A stretch of DNA of 64,000 bases from an uncultured Nitrospirales bacterium (GTDB lineage Bacteria; Hydrogenedentota; Hydrogenedentia; Hydrogenedentales; JAGMZX01): contig CAZMVU010000001.1 of assembly GCA_964569295.1 (NCBI GenBank), forward strand, positions 20,559-84,558. Reading direction: 5' to 3'. A model generated the notes under the pieces. That model was not told where the DNA came from and searched no databases. It saw nothing but the letters and a program-made list of their open reading frames with translations. This document shows, piece by piece, positions 19,296 to 29,350 of the stretch. Position numbers and translations under genes: made by a program. The first letter of the stretch is position 1. The number at the start of each line of letters is the position of its first letter.

Positions 19296-20375
19296 TCAGA
19301 GGGTTTCGCTGAGTTTGGCGGTGCGGTCCGCCGTAACCAGCGCATCCACCACCGATTGCAGGTCGCCTTCCATCACATGGTCCAGGTTGTACTGGGTCAG
19401 GTTGATCCGGTGATCGGACAAGCGGTTCTGGGGGAAGTTGTAGGTGCGGATGCGTTCGGAGCGGTCACCCGAGCCCACCTGACTCCGCCGGTTCTCGGAC
19501 CGGACCGCGGCATCTTCCTCTTGCCGGCGCGCCAGCAGGCGGGACCGCAGCACCTTGAGCGCTTTCGCTTTGTTCTTGTGCTGGGACTTCTCGTCCTGGA
19601 TAGAAACAACAATACCGGTCGGCTTGTGCGTAATGCGCACCGCGGAATCGGTAGTGTTTACGCTTTGGCCACCCGGGCCGGAGGACCGGTACACATCGAT
19701 TTGCAGGTCGTTTGGATCGACAGCCACATCCACCTCGTCGGCCTCTGGCAACACCGCCACCGTCACCGCGGAGGTGTGCACGCGCCCCTGCGTCTCGGTT
19801 TCGGGCACACGCTGCACCCGGTGTACACCTCCCTCCCACTTCATGTGGCTATACACGTGCCCGCCGGTAATCTGGAAACATATCTCCTTAAAGCCGCCAA
19901 GTTCCGTGGGGTTCGCGTTCAATACCTCGACTTTCCAGCCCTTGATTTCGGCAAAGCGGGCGTACATGCGGAAGAGGTCCGCGGCGAACAAAGCCGCCTC
20001 TTCGCCCCCGGTCCCGGCTCGAATCTCGACGATAGTGTTCTTTTCGTCGTTCGGATCCTTCGGTACGAGAAGCAAACGCAGATCTTGTTCACGTTTCGCG
20101 AGCGTGGCCTCGATCCCTGCGCGTTCTTCCGCGGCAAGCTCGCGCAATTCCGGGTCGGCTTCGTCCTGAAAAAAACGGTCAGCCTCGGCGAGCCGCTGCT
20201 CTTCGTCTTCATAGCACCGGAAGCTCTGCACGATATCGTGCAGTTCCGCCTGGCGTTGCGCGTGTTCGCGATACACGGCCGGATCCGCAGCCACTTCCTG
20301 GGTCGACATGGCCGCGGTAAGGCGGTCGTACTCCTGGCATATACCAGCGAGTTTTTCCCGCATGCTCTTGTCCAT
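19296..20375 (-). CDS. prfA: Peptide chain release factor 1
   Basis: 359 aa; GGQ motif ([12 protein letters not shown]) and RF1-type tripeptide region ([15 protein letters not shown]). Confidence 0.95.
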   Translation of the reverse strand: MDKSMREKLAGICQEYDRLTAAMSTQEVAADPAVYREHAQRQAELHDIVQSFRCYEDEEQRLAEADRFFQDEADPELRELAAEERAGIEATLAKREQDLRLLLVPKDPNDEKNTIVEIRAGTGGEEAALFAADLFRMYARFAEIKGWKVEVLNANPTELGGFKEICFQITGGHVYSHMKWEGGVHRVQRVPETETQGRVHTSAVTVAVLPEADEVDVAVDPNDLQIDVYRSSGPGGQSVNTTDSAVRITHKPTGIVVSIQDEKSQHKNKAKALKVLRSRLLARRQEEDAAVRSENRRSQVGSGDRSERIRTYNFPQNRLSDHRINLTQYNLDHVMEGDLQSVVDALVTADRTAKLSETL

Positions 20376-20381
20376 GCGGCC

Positions 20382-20633
20382 TTACTTCTTGTTCGCGTAC
20401 TTGCGCTGGAACCGCTCGACCCGGCCCTCGCTGTCGACAAACATCTGTTTGCCCGTATAAAATGGGTGCGAAGCGCTTGACAAGTCCAGGGTATACAGCG
20501 GGTATTCGTTGCCGTCTTCCCACTGAATGGTCTTCTCGGTCTGGACGGTCGACTTCGTAATCCAGGCGACATCGGCGCCCACATCCTTGAATACGACCGG
20601 GCGGTAGTTCTCGGGATGGATCCCTTTCTTCAC
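20382..20633 (-). CDS. rpmE: 50S ribosomal protein L31 (type B, Cys-less)
   Basis: N-terminus MKKGIHPENYRPVVF is canonical L31. No CxxC pairs and 83 aa length point to the zinc-independent type B form. Confidence 0.9.
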   Translation of the reverse strand: MKKGIHPENYRPVVFKDVGADVAWITKSTVQTEKTIQWEDGNEYPLYTLDLSSASHPFYTGKQMFVDSEGRVERFQRKYANKK

Positions 20634-20845
20634 GGCTAACTTCTCCTTGTATGCTCGAAGCCAGCGCCCGGGGTGCGCCGGACGCTACGCATGAAACCGC
20701 CCACCACGCCAAGCGCGGTGAGCGATAGAGTGATCGAATCTTATTATATACCACAGGCGCGTGCCGTGATTCAAAAGCCTGCGCGCACACACCGCCCGCA
20801 GGCGCCGGTGAGAACGCCGTTTGCAGGAACTTTTGCCGGCCTGCT

Positions 20846-22396
20846 TCAGCCTGCGGTGGCCGGTGACGATTGCTCGCGGCTTTCTTTCAGCACGAGGTAC
20901 ATGTTGGCGGCGTCGACATACGCCTGTACGGCCGCCACTACTATGTCGGTCGAGGCGCCCTTGCCGCGATAGGGCTTGCCATCGAATACCACCGCCACAT
21001 ACGCCTCGCCCATGGCTTCCTTGCCCGGTGTGGACGCGCGTATATCGAACTGCTCGAGGTGACCGTTCACCCCCATGATCTTCTCGACAGCGCGGAAGGC
21101 GGCGTCTACCGGACCATCACCCCAGGCTGTCTCGATGATTTCTTCCTCGCCTTTGCTCATCTGCAGGTAAGCCATGGCGGGGTCGCCGCCCGAGGTGCGC
21201 ACTTTGTCGAGGTGGTACACCTGTAACGACTCGTCGTACATGCTCACCACCAGCATGATGAGGTCGGCGTCGTACACCTCCTTCTTCTTGTCCGTGAGAT
21301 CCAGGAAGCGCTCATAGATCTTGTCCATGTCTTCCTTCGTGAGCTGATAGCCAAGCTCCGCGCAACGTTTGGCGAGGCCTGCGCGCCCCGAATGCTTGCC
21401 GAGCACGAGTTCGTTGCGCCGGAGACCGACGAATTCCGGCGTCATGATTTCGTAGGTGGCGGCGTTCGCGATGACCCCGTGCTGGTGAATGCCGGATTCG
21501 TGCGCAAAGGCGTTGCGGCCGACCACCGGCTTGTTGTAAGGGATGGTCAGCCCTGTTATCTTCGAAAGGCGCGTGCTCGAGGGCACGATTTCCTGATAGT
21601 TGATGCCGACCTCGAAGGGGTACACATTGTTGCGGGTGTGCATGGCCATGACGAATTCTTCGAGCGAAGTATTGCCCGCCCGTTCGCCAATGCCGCTCAC
21701 CGTACACTCGACCTGCCGCGCGCCGCCGAGTACGGCCGCCAACGCGTTGGCTACGGCAAGCCCGAGGTCGTTGTGGTTATGTGAAGAAAAGAGGACCTTC
21801 TCCGCGCCCGGCACGTCTTTGGTGTGTTCGATGACATGCTCGAACATGTTGCGAATCTCGCTGGGCGTGGTATAGCCCACGGTGTCCGGCAGATTGATGA
21901 CATCGGCCCCCGCCTCGATGGCTACCCGCGTGACTTGCACCAGAAAATCCCAGTCCGAGCGGGTCGCGTCTTCCGCCGAGAATTCGACCCGCGGCGGCAC
22001 AAGCGCCTTGGCACGGCTAACGGCCACGTGCGCCTGCTCGAGCACCTGTTCGCGGGTCTGGCGCAATTTGTGTTCGAGGTGTATGTCAGACGTGGCAATG
22101 AACGTATGGAGCGTCGGCTTGTCTGATGGTTCAAGGGCGCTCGCGGCACGCTCGATATCCTTGGGAATCGCCCGGGCGAGAGCCGCCACGCGGCAGCCCT
22201 GTATCTCCGTAGCTATCTGCCGGACAGAATCGTATTCCTGGTTCGAGGCGATGGGGAAACCCGCCTCGATGGTATTCACACCCAAGCGCTCCAGTTGGCG
22301 CGCCATGCGGATTTTTTCATGGCCGTGCATGCTGGCGCCGGGCGACTGTTCACCATCGCGCAGGGTGGTGTCGAAAATCTCTACTCGCTCAACCAT
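20846..22396 (-). CDS. leuA: 2-isopropylmalate synthase (LeuA/CimA family)
   Basis: Start at [21 protein letters not shown]-like TIM barrel ([16 protein letters not shown]) plus C-terminal LeuA-dimer regulatory domain. Confidence 0.9.
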   Translation of the reverse strand: MVERVEIFDTTLRDGEQSPGASMHGHEKIRMARQLERLGVNTIEAGFPIASNQEYDSVRQIATEIQGCRVAALARAIPKDIERAASALEPSDKPTLHTFIATSDIHLEHKLRQTREQVLEQAHVAVSRAKALVPPRVEFSAEDATRSDWDFLVQVTRVAIEAGADVINLPDTVGYTTPSEIRNMFEHVIEHTKDVPGAEKVLFSSHNHNDLGLAVANALAAVLGGARQVECTVSGIGERAGNTSLEEFVMAMHTRNNVYPFEVGINYQEIVPSSTRLSKITGLTIPYNKPVVGRNAFAHESGIHQHGVIANAATYEIMTPEFVGLRRNELVLGKHSGRAGLAKRCAELGYQLTKEDMDKIYERFLDLTDKKKEVYDADLIMLVVSMYDESLQVYHLDKVRTSGGDPAMAYLQMSKGEEEIIETAWGDGPVDAAFRAVEKIMGVNGHLEQFDIRASTPGKEAMGEAYVAVVFDGKPYRGKGASTDIVVAAVQAYVDAANMYLVLKESREQSSPATAG

Positions 22397-22572
22397 TGGA
22401 CACAAGCCCTCTTTCTCTGAAAGTTATTGCCCTTGGACAGGTTATCAAAACTCATGCACACAAGCAAAGAATGCGCGTTCTGTTGCGGAAGTTGCTATAT
22501 GTACAAGTAACATCCAGAATGGGACGGACATTTCCCTGCGACGGCGGGCCCGTCCGGCCAAACCGGAAAGGA

Positions 22573-23343
22573 ATGCTTGTGGCGTCTGTAGAATGGCTGT
22601 TGATAGATGTGGGCAGCGTCTTGATTATCGACGACTATGGGGTCGCGCGTTTTCTGCAGCGTGTGTGCGATATTGCGCGCGCCGGCGGCCGCCCCCTCAC
22701 CCTCGAGCAGGTCATGAGAGAGCGCGAAACGCTGGTCAATACGAAGCTCGATCCCGCGCCTTACCTCAGCGTGGCGAACCGTCACTTGGCCGATGCCATG
22801 CGTGAGCGGGCGTATCGTGAGGTGGTCGAAGCCATATCGCAACACTGGCAGGCATTCAATACGCCCGCCAAAGACGTCCGCGAGGTGCTCACCCGGCTGG
22901 CGCGCCGCTACCACCTGGCGATCGCGGCGAACCAGCCGGCCAACTGCCGGGCCGCGCTCGACGAACTCGGCTTGCTGCGCCATTTCGAGGTTGTGGGGAT
23001 CAGCGCCGAGATGGGCATTGCCAAGCCGGATCCCGCATTCTTCACGCGCATCCTCGAGCAGGCTGGGTGTCCGCCCTCGGCGGCGATCATGATCGGTGAC
23101 CGCATCGATAACGATATCGCGCCGGCCAAGGCGCTCGGCCTCGGGACTATACAGGTGCGCATGGACCCGGGCGAGAACGGCTTCGATCCGCGTGACGAGG
23201 CCGAGCGGGCCTACATCGAGAGCCTGCGCCGGGCCCCCGCCCGCGGCCGGGGCAATCACCGTTTGGTTCATCCCGACGCAGCGGTCACCAGACTCGCCGA
23301 CCTGCCGGCGGCCGTGGAGCATGTCGCCCTCGTACACGGCTGA
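22573..23343 (+). CDS. HAD-superfamily hydrolase-like protein with non-canonical motif I
   Basis: ATG at 22573 (MLVASVEWLLIDVGSV). Motif III/IV present (AKPDPAFF; MIGDRIDND). Motif I reads DVGSV rather than DxDGT and motif II is AIAAN. Divergent from leuA. Confidence 0.6.
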   Translation: MLVASVEWLLIDVGSVLIIDDYGVARFLQRVCDIARAGGRPLTLEQVMRERETLVNTKLDPAPYLSVANRHLADAMRERAYREVVEAISQHWQAFNTPAKDVREVLTRLARRYHLAIAANQPANCRAALDELGLLRHFEVVGISAEMGIAKPDPAFFTRILEQAGCPPSAAIMIGDRIDNDIAPAKALGLGTIQVRMDPGENGFDPRDEAERAYIESLRRAPARGRGNHRLVHPDAAVTRLADLPAAVEHVALVHG

Positions 23344-23393
23344 GCGGTCCGGTCCGGCCCGGGCCGCGCACGGTCTCCAGCAGCAATTCCCGG

Positions 23394-24161
23394 CTACGCC
23401 CGCCGTTCCCAGGTAGCGTCCGGCCGGCGCACTTCGCATGGCCGGTAATGGTCCTTGTAGGCCATGCTTGGGCACGCGGCGATGTAGTAGCCGAGGTAGT
23501 AGTAGCGCAGGCCCCATTCGCGTGCCAGTGCGATTTCATAGAGGGCGGAAAAAACGCCCGGGCTGCTGGCGGCGCAGGCGGGGTCGAAGTAGAAATAGAC
23601 GGATGACAGGGCGTTTTCGAGGCGGTCCACCACCCCCACGCCAGCGAGATGATCCTTGTCGTACACGCACAATTCCAGCGTGGCCCCGCCCAGGCACGTG
23701 TCCACGAGAAACCGCTCGTAACCCGCGCGGTCGAGATCGTTATCAGAATCCCCATGCTGATAGCGCAGATACGCGCCGTACAGCCGCACTTTCTCGTCGG
23801 AAACGGCGGGCTTGCCAATCTCCACGTGAAAGCGGCGCATGCCGCGGTTGCGGGTGCGGCGCTGGCTCTTGCTCATGCGAAACTCGGGCACGATCACGCG
23901 CAGGGTCCGGCATTCATCACACTTGCGGCATACCGGTTTGTAAATATACTCGCCATTCCGGCGGTAGCCCCGCGCGAGCAGCGCTTCGTAAACAGCGGGC
24001 CCCAAATGTCCGTAGGCAAAGTCGAACGTAGCAACGCGATCATCGAGGTAGGGGCAGGCATCCGGCACACGCCCCACGTGAATCAACGCCTCGAGCTGAT
24101 CGATTGACACCGGCAACGGGCTCGCGACGCCGTCGCAGGTGTTGCGGTGGGAACCATCCAT
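23394..24161 (-). CDS. bpt: Arginyl/leucyl-tRNA--protein transferase (ATE1/Bpt family)
   Basis: ATE_N/ATE_C motifs: DACPYLDDRVATFDF, GYRRNGEYIYKPVCRKCDEC, YYYLGYYIAACPSMAYK. Start assigned to Met at 24161. Confidence 0.75.
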   Translation of the reverse strand: MDGSHRNTCDGVASPLPVSIDQLEALIHVGRVPDACPYLDDRVATFDFAYGHLGPAVYEALLARGYRRNGEYIYKPVCRKCDECRTLRVIVPEFRMSKSQRRTRNRGMRRFHVEIGKPAVSDEKVRLYGAYLRYQHGDSDNDLDRAGYERFLVDTCLGGATLELCVYDKDHLAGVGVVDRLENALSSVYFYFDPACAASSPGVFSALYEIALAREWGLRYYYLGYYIAACPSMAYKDHYRPCEVRRPDATWERRA

Positions 24162-24443
24162 GCTGTTGCCTGTACGCCCGTAAAACTGCGCCCTCCCACC
24201 TGACAAGAACATGCGCCTACTGCGAAAGCCCGGCAGGTGGTTGCGGCGCGAACCATTGGATGCGGAGACCAAGTCCGTCATGCGCGGCGGCTCCGGTAAG
24301 CCCAATGCGGATCATGGTCTCCCCGTGCCTTGCGGATTATGCGCTTCGAACGCACACGAAACCATTGGCTTGTTGCTTGTTGCTCATCGCCGGGAAAGGC
24401 AGACACCACGTCTTGGCAATCTCCGCGCTCCCGGTGGTTGCCT

Positions 24444-25574
24444 CTATTCTCCCGACAGTGCCGCCAGCGGAATCTGCCAGCAGCGGACCTTATCGCGGTT
24501 CCAGGTGTAGGAGATGGCAATGCCGTCTTTCGTACGTACGATGGCGGGGTAGGAGTATTCGCTTTCGAGGTCCGGGTCGTCCTCGAGGTGGGCGAGGTTC
24601 TCCCAGGTTTCGCCGTTGTCCTTCGACACCGCCAAGGTCAGCGGCGTGCGCGGCCCCCAGTTCATGGGCACGGGGTTATAGACGAGGAAGATGCGGCCGT
24701 CTTCCAGGCGAAGCAAGTCGAGGCCCGAGTTGTTGTTCGGCAACTCTGTGGCGTACACCGGCGACCAGTTCTCGCCGTAGTCCTTCGAGTCCGCCCGCCA
24801 GACCCGCCCGCTCGCGGTCCGCAAAAGCGCATGCACATGCCCCTCGGGGTGTTCCCAGAACGTCGGCTGGATGGCGCCCTTACCGCGCAACGCCTTATTC
24901 TCGCTGTCGATTTCCCAGTAAGCCGAGCGCACCCACCTTCCGCCGCGGTCCGTCGTGCGGTCCGCAAACGGTTTCCACCCATCGAACTCGTGCGATGCCG
25001 GGGCGATCCAACTGCCGTCCGACAAGATGATGGGCTTGTTCTTCACCGGTCCCCGGCCCCCTTCGTCATCGGGCACGAGTTCAACCGGCTCGGACCATGT
25101 TTCTCCGTTGTCCTTCGATCGCATCCACCACGTGCTCCAGTAGTCCACATTCTTGCCAACCTTGAAGAAGAGGTAGATCACGTCCTCGGCGTCACGGAAG
25201 AGGACCGGATTCCAATGGGCCTGCATCCGTACCTTGGCGGCGAGTTCCGATTCCGTCCAGGCATCGTCCTGAAACCGGCTCATCCAGATGCCCACATCCC
25301 TGTTCTTTTCTTTCGTGCCGCCGAACCAGGCACACACAATATCGCCATTGGCCGCCTGCACGATGGTCGAGGCGTGGCATTCGGGAAACGGGCGGTCGTC
25401 GCCGAAGGCAAAGTCGACCCGGCCGCCGGCATCGGTCACCTGTTGCGCGAAGGCGTCGGCGGCGTATTGAACCTCGATGTCGCTCATGGCGGCTTTTTCC
25501 TCCGCATCTTCGGCAGCGCCGGACAGCGTGCAGACGAGAGCAAAGCCTAGGGCAAAAGCTTGGAAAAGGCGCAT
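24444..25574 (-). CDS. Secreted BNR/Asp-box repeat glycosidase, sialidase-like (GH33-like)
   Basis: ATG at 25574 gives signal peptide MRLFQAFALGFALVCTLSGAAED. Two Asp-boxes SKDNGETW. Confidence 0.7.
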   Translation of the reverse strand: MRLFQAFALGFALVCTLSGAAEDAEEKAAMSDIEVQYAADAFAQQVTDAGGRVDFAFGDDRPFPECHASTIVQAANGDIVCAWFGGTKEKNRDVGIWMSRFQDDAWTESELAAKVRMQAHWNPVLFRDAEDVIYLFFKVGKNVDYWSTWWMRSKDNGETWSEPVELVPDDEGGRGPVKNKPIILSDGSWIAPASHEFDGWKPFADRTTDRGGRWVRSAYWEIDSENKALRGKGAIQPTFWEHPEGHVHALLRTASGRVWRADSKDYGENWSPVYATELPNNNSGLDLLRLEDGRIFLVYNPVPMNWGPRTPLTLAVSKDNGETWENLAHLEDDPDLESEYSYPAIVRTKDGIAISYTWNRDKVRCWQIPLAALSGE

Positions 25575-25711
25575 AATTTGTCCCCCAGTGGGTGCGGATG
25601 TACGTTTACCTTGGACACTTGTCGGGTATCGCGGCCAATGACCACTGCAACTATGATAATGTAAAGAGACCCGGGCAAGGCAAATTATCACCAGAACCCC
25701 GGAAAAGGAAT

Positions 25712-27016
25712 ATGACAAGCGATAACGGACAAAGCAGAAACAAGCTCATCGAGCTGCAACGCCCGCCCATCGTCGAAAAGGTGATCCTGGCGCGGCTGGC
25801 GGTACCCACGGACAGCGACGCCGAGATCGACGAGTCCCTCTCGGAACTCTCGCAGCTCGCCTGGACCGCCGGGGCCGAGGTGGTGGGCTCGGTGGTGCAG
25901 GCGCGCCAGAAGCCGGACCCCGGCACGCATTTCGGGCGCGGCAAGCTCGCGGAAATCAAGGCCATGGCGGCGGACCTCGAGGCGGATGCCGTCATTATCG
26001 ACAGTGAACTCACGGCGAAGCAGGGCGCGAATATCGAGGATGCCCTCGAACTGAAGATCGTCGACCGCACCCAACTCATCCTCGACATCTTCGCGCAGCA
26101 CGCACACACCCGCGAAGGCAAGCTGCAAGTCGAGCTGGCGCAATTGCAGTATATCCTCCCCCGCCTCACCGGGCGCGGCTCGATCATGCGGCAGCAGGGC
26201 GGTATCGGCGTGCGCGGCCCCGGCGAACAGAAGCTCGAGGTCGACCGGCGCCGCATCCGCGAGCGCATCCGCCGGTTGCAGGGGCAGATCGAGGAGGTGC
26301 GCCGGCAACGGGCCGTGCAGCGCAAGAACCGCGAGCGTACCACCACCGGCAAGGTATCGCTCGTGGGCTACACCAACGCCGGCAAGTCGTCGCTGCTCAA
26401 TGCGCTCACGGGCGCGGGCGTACTCGTCGAGGACAAGCTCTTCGCCACGCTCGACCCGCGCGTGCGCCGGCTGCACCTGCCCACCGGGCGCGAGTGCCTC
26501 CTGGCCGACACCGTGGGCTTCGTCAACAAACTGCCGCACACCCTCGTGGCGGCCTTCCGCGCCACCCTCGAACAGGTGCGCGAGTCGGACCTCTTGCTCC
26601 TCGTGGCCGATGCGGCACACCCCGCCATGGACGAGCACATCGACGCGGTATACAAGGTGCTCGACGAGATCGGCGCCATCGAGTTGCCGCTGGTGAAGGT
26701 CTACAACAAGATGGACCTCGTCGCCGGGCAGGACCGCGGCAGCATGGGCGTAAGCCGGCGCGAGTCCGCCGTGGCGGTGTCGGCGAAGACGGGCGAAGGC
26801 CTCGACCGCCTCCTCGAAATCGTGGATGAGCGCCTTGCCGCAACCCGGCGGCGCATGCGCCTGCGCATCCCGCAGCACGAGGCCGCACTCGTGTCGCGCA
26901 TACACGATGAAGGACGCGTGATCGAGCAGACCTACGACGGCAACGACATCCTCATGGAGGCCGACATCGGCAACGCCCTCGCCGCCCAGGTAGCGGAATA
27001 CAAGGTGGAGGTATAA
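25712..27016 (+). CDS. hflX: GTPase HflX
   Basis: ATG at 25712. HflX N-domain, G-domain motifs (GYTNAGKSSLLN, DTVGF, NKMD) and C-terminal domain. Confidence 0.9.
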   Translation: MTSDNGQSRNKLIELQRPPIVEKVILARLAVPTDSDAEIDESLSELSQLAWTAGAEVVGSVVQARQKPDPGTHFGRGKLAEIKAMAADLEADAVIIDSELTAKQGANIEDALELKIVDRTQLILDIFAQHAHTREGKLQVELAQLQYILPRLTGRGSIMRQQGGIGVRGPGEQKLEVDRRRIRERIRRLQGQIEEVRRQRAVQRKNRERTTTGKVSLVGYTNAGKSSLLNALTGAGVLVEDKLFATLDPRVRRLHLPTGRECLLADTVGFVNKLPHTLVAAFRATLEQVRESDLLLLVADAAHPAMDEHIDAVYKVLDEIGAIELPLVKVYNKMDLVAGQDRGSMGVSRRESAVAVSAKTGEGLDRLLEIVDERLAATRRRMRLRIPQHEAALVSRIHDEGRVIEQTYDGNDILMEADIGNALAAQVAEYKVEV

Positions 27017-27127
27017 TGGAGAGAGGGTGCTGGGAGGAACTTCTTTTTTGGAAAAAAAGTGCACCACCACCAGACGATATCCCGCAGCCCCCTCAAGAAA
27101 AACCTGCATTTGAAGAAGGAGAACCCC

Positions 27128-27430
27128 ATGCCAATGTTGACGATTGTTGCGGAGATCAAAGCCAAGCCGGGCAAGGCAGCGGAATTGCACAAGCTCCTCG
27201 AGAGCCTGGTGGGGCCGTCGCGGAAGGACAAGGGCTGCCTGGACTACGTGCTCCATGTGGGCAATGAAGACCCGGGCTTCTTTCTGTTTTACGAGAGTTG
27301 GGCGTCGAAGGAGGAATGGGAGCAGCACATGGCCACGCCGCACCTCGAGGACTTCAAAGCCCATGCCGATGAACTGGTGGCCGACCTCACCATCCACCAG
27401 ATGACCCGAATCGAAGTGGGCACGCCGTGA
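27128..27430 (+). CDS. Antibiotic-biosynthesis-monooxygenase (ABM) domain protein
   Basis: ATG at 27128 (MPMLTIVAEIKAKPGK) preceded by GAAGGAG RBS. ~100 aa ABM-fold pattern (LESLVGPSRKDKGCLDY...FFLFYESWASKEEWEQH). Confidence 0.6.
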   Translation: MPMLTIVAEIKAKPGKAAELHKLLESLVGPSRKDKGCLDYVLHVGNEDPGFFLFYESWASKEEWEQHMATPHLEDFKAHADELVADLTIHQMTRIEVGTP

Positions 27431-27870
27431 CCTTGCCGCGTATCCGGGTGGCGGCGGTGGTTGTCGAGAACGATGCGGTCCTGCTCGTGAAACACCGTAA
27501 GGACGGCCGCGAATACTGGATGCTGCCGGGCGGTGGCGTGGACTATGGCGAGTCGCTGCACGAGGCTTTGGTTAGGGAACTTATCGAGGAAACGGGTCTG
27601 ACCATTGCGCCGGGCGACCTCGTCCTCGCGAACGACACCATCGCCCCGGACGGCAGCCGCCATGTGGTCAACCTGTATTTTCGGGCCAAGGTCGTCTCGG
27701 GCACACCGCGGCTCGGCGATGACCCGCGTATAGTGGACGTGGCGTATTTGCTGCGGGAAGCGCTGCGGGACGCCCCGCTTATGCCCGATATCCGGGAGGA
27801 ACTGGGTATCCTGCTGGATAGTGCGGCGCATATCGGGGCCGTGTATCTCGGGCCACGCTGGCGGGCATAG
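27427..27870 (+). CDS. NUDIX hydrolase
   Basis: GTG start overlapping the ABM stop (GTGA). Complete Nudix box GGGVDYGESLHEALVRELIEETGL. Confidence 0.8.
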   Translation: MTLPRIRVAAVVVENDAVLLVKHRKDGREYWMLPGGGVDYGESLHEALVRELIEETGLTIAPGDLVLANDTIAPDGSRHVVNLYFRAKVVSGTPRLGDDPRIVDVAYLLREALRDAPLMPDIREELGILLDSAAHIGAVYLGPRWRA

Positions 27871-28008
27871 CGAGACAAAACGGCGCGTCGAAATACAAGG
27901 GCACTGCGAAAAGCGGCACAGTGTATCTCGTGCCCCTGTTGGACGCGTCCCTTTATTTTGCCAATCGGCGGCGTCCGAACGGCGTCTTTCTCAAAACGTA
28001 ACTCTTTA

Positions 28009-28071
28009 GCCGTATGGTGCAAGGGGGCGCACTTGGTTCGCCAATCTGTCCCGTGACAGCGAATACCAGCG
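28009..28071. repeat. 63-nt conserved noncoding element, copy 2
   Basis: 87% identical to 9111-9173. Lies in the 473-nt gene-free region between the NUDIX gene and hypothetical gene 28344. Followed 30 nt later by a strong hairpin. Confidence 0.5.
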
Positions 28072-28102
28072 TACGACGGGGATAGCCATGCTGTTGGCAG
28101 CA

Positions 28103-28155
28103 CTTTGATAGGGATAGGGTGCGCCGGGCAACCGGCTCTCCCTACCCCTATCAAA
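28103..28155. other. Near-perfect 17-bp inverted repeat (stem-loop) adjacent to repeat copy 2
   Basis: ctttgatagggataggg ...19-nt loop... ccctacccctatcaaag: 16 of 17 positions pair. No trailing T-tract, so not a classic terminator. Confidence 0.4.
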
Positions 28156-28343
28156 GGGCGCATACATCGTGACTCTATAGAAACAACGGATGAGCCAGAA
28201 CCGCTCCCCGCGCCGATACCGGGGCAGCTATGAGGTACGGAAAACCGCGCACGGCAAACGGCTAAAGAATTACATCAAAACACGGATGAACCGGGGGGAA
28301 AAATGTGTTGCAATAGGGAGAGACAACCCCTGGAGTACCCACA

Positions 28344-29084
28344 ATGAACACAAGTGCTGCCGGACTCATGCCGAAAATTCTTGCCTTGCCGAGGCGGGTG
28401 AGCCGCCGTTTTCTTCGCCGCCGCTACCCTGACGAACCCTGGCGCTGGCGTACCGATTGGGCGTCGGGCCTGTTGTGCACGAATAACCGCCAGTGGATGA
28501 TAGCCGCGGTGACGCTGGCGGTCCTGTGGAATGTGCTTGCGGCGTTGGCCTGTCTGCTTGCACCATGGTCGCGCTTGGGCAGTGAGCCGTGGTGGGTGTT
28601 GGTGGCGTTGCTGCCGGCGGTGGGCGCGGTGTTCATCGCGCTGGCGCTGTTGACCGTCGTGCGCTGGCGGAGACAAGGCGACAGCAGGCTCAGGCTGGAC
28701 ACCGTGCCGGGGATTGTGGGGGGGCGGATAGCCGGCACAGCGTACCTGCCGGGGTTTGTCGAGCGGGCGGCGGGGGTGACGGTAAGCCTCCAGTGTGTGC
28801 TGCGGCGGAACGTGCAGCGCGGAGGCGTGCGGAAGATGCGGGAGACGCCCCTGTGGTCGACAGGCGCATTCATCGGTGAAGAGAAGCTGCATACAGCCGG
28901 CAGCACCATGGTAGCGGCGCCGGTAAACTTCATCATTCCGCACAATACGCCCGCCACGGAAAACGACCCAGCGAACCGGGTATACTGGGAACTGAAAGTG
29001 TGTGGCGAGCGGACAGGGCGCGCTTATTGCGCCCGGTTCGACGTGCCGGTGTTCAATACGCCGGATAATCCGTACAACACGTAG
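28344..29084 (+). CDS. Hypothetical membrane protein (two TM helices, basic N-terminus)
   Basis: ORF with two hydrophobic helices (MIAAVTLAVLWNVLAALACLLAP; WWVLVALLPAVGAVFIALALLTVV). No family recognised; start codon uncertain. Confidence 0.4.
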   Translation: MNTSAAGLMPKILALPRRVSRRFLRRRYPDEPWRWRTDWASGLLCTNNRQWMIAAVTLAVLWNVLAALACLLAPWSRLGSEPWWVLVALLPAVGAVFIALALLTVVRWRRQGDSRLRLDTVPGIVGGRIAGTAYLPGFVERAAGVTVSLQCVLRRNVQRGGVRKMRETPLWSTGAFIGEEKLHTAGSTMVAAPVNFIIPHNTPATENDPANRVYWELKVCGERTGRAYCARFDVPVFNTPDNPYNT

Positions 29085-29350
29085 ATGGCGGTGCGCGCGC
29101 CTTGGGGTTAACAATGCGGTTAGCGGCTATGAATGTGCAGATACCGGCGCCTTCAGGGGCTTCGGGCGTGGGATGCATGGCGGCTATACGGCGCCTTGGA
29201 GTGTTCGCGCTGAACCACGGTGTCCGTGTAACCGTGAACAACCAGTCCTGCTACGATGGCCGCCGCACGCGCATGGGCCAAATGTTTACTTCGCAGGCGC
29301 AGGCGGTGGCGGCTAAGCACGTGCTGCTGGCGGCGCTGGGTACGTAGCGG

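Noticed and set aside
19005-20480. 491-aa ORF on plus strand
   Set aside because: Antisense to prfA and rpmE.
25688-27397. 569-aa ORF on minus strand
   Set aside because: Antisense to hflX and the ABM gene.
28190-28432. 80-aa very basic ORF in the noncoding region containing repeat copy 2
   Set aside because: Overlaps the start of the downstream gene in another frame and has no RBS. It is more likely noncoding structured sequence.
28275-29114. 279-aa ORF on minus strand overlapping hypothetical gene 28344-29084
   Set aside because: Extremely Arg/His/Pro-rich with no hydrophobic core pattern. The plus-strand ORF has two clean TM helices and is preferred, though neither has family support.
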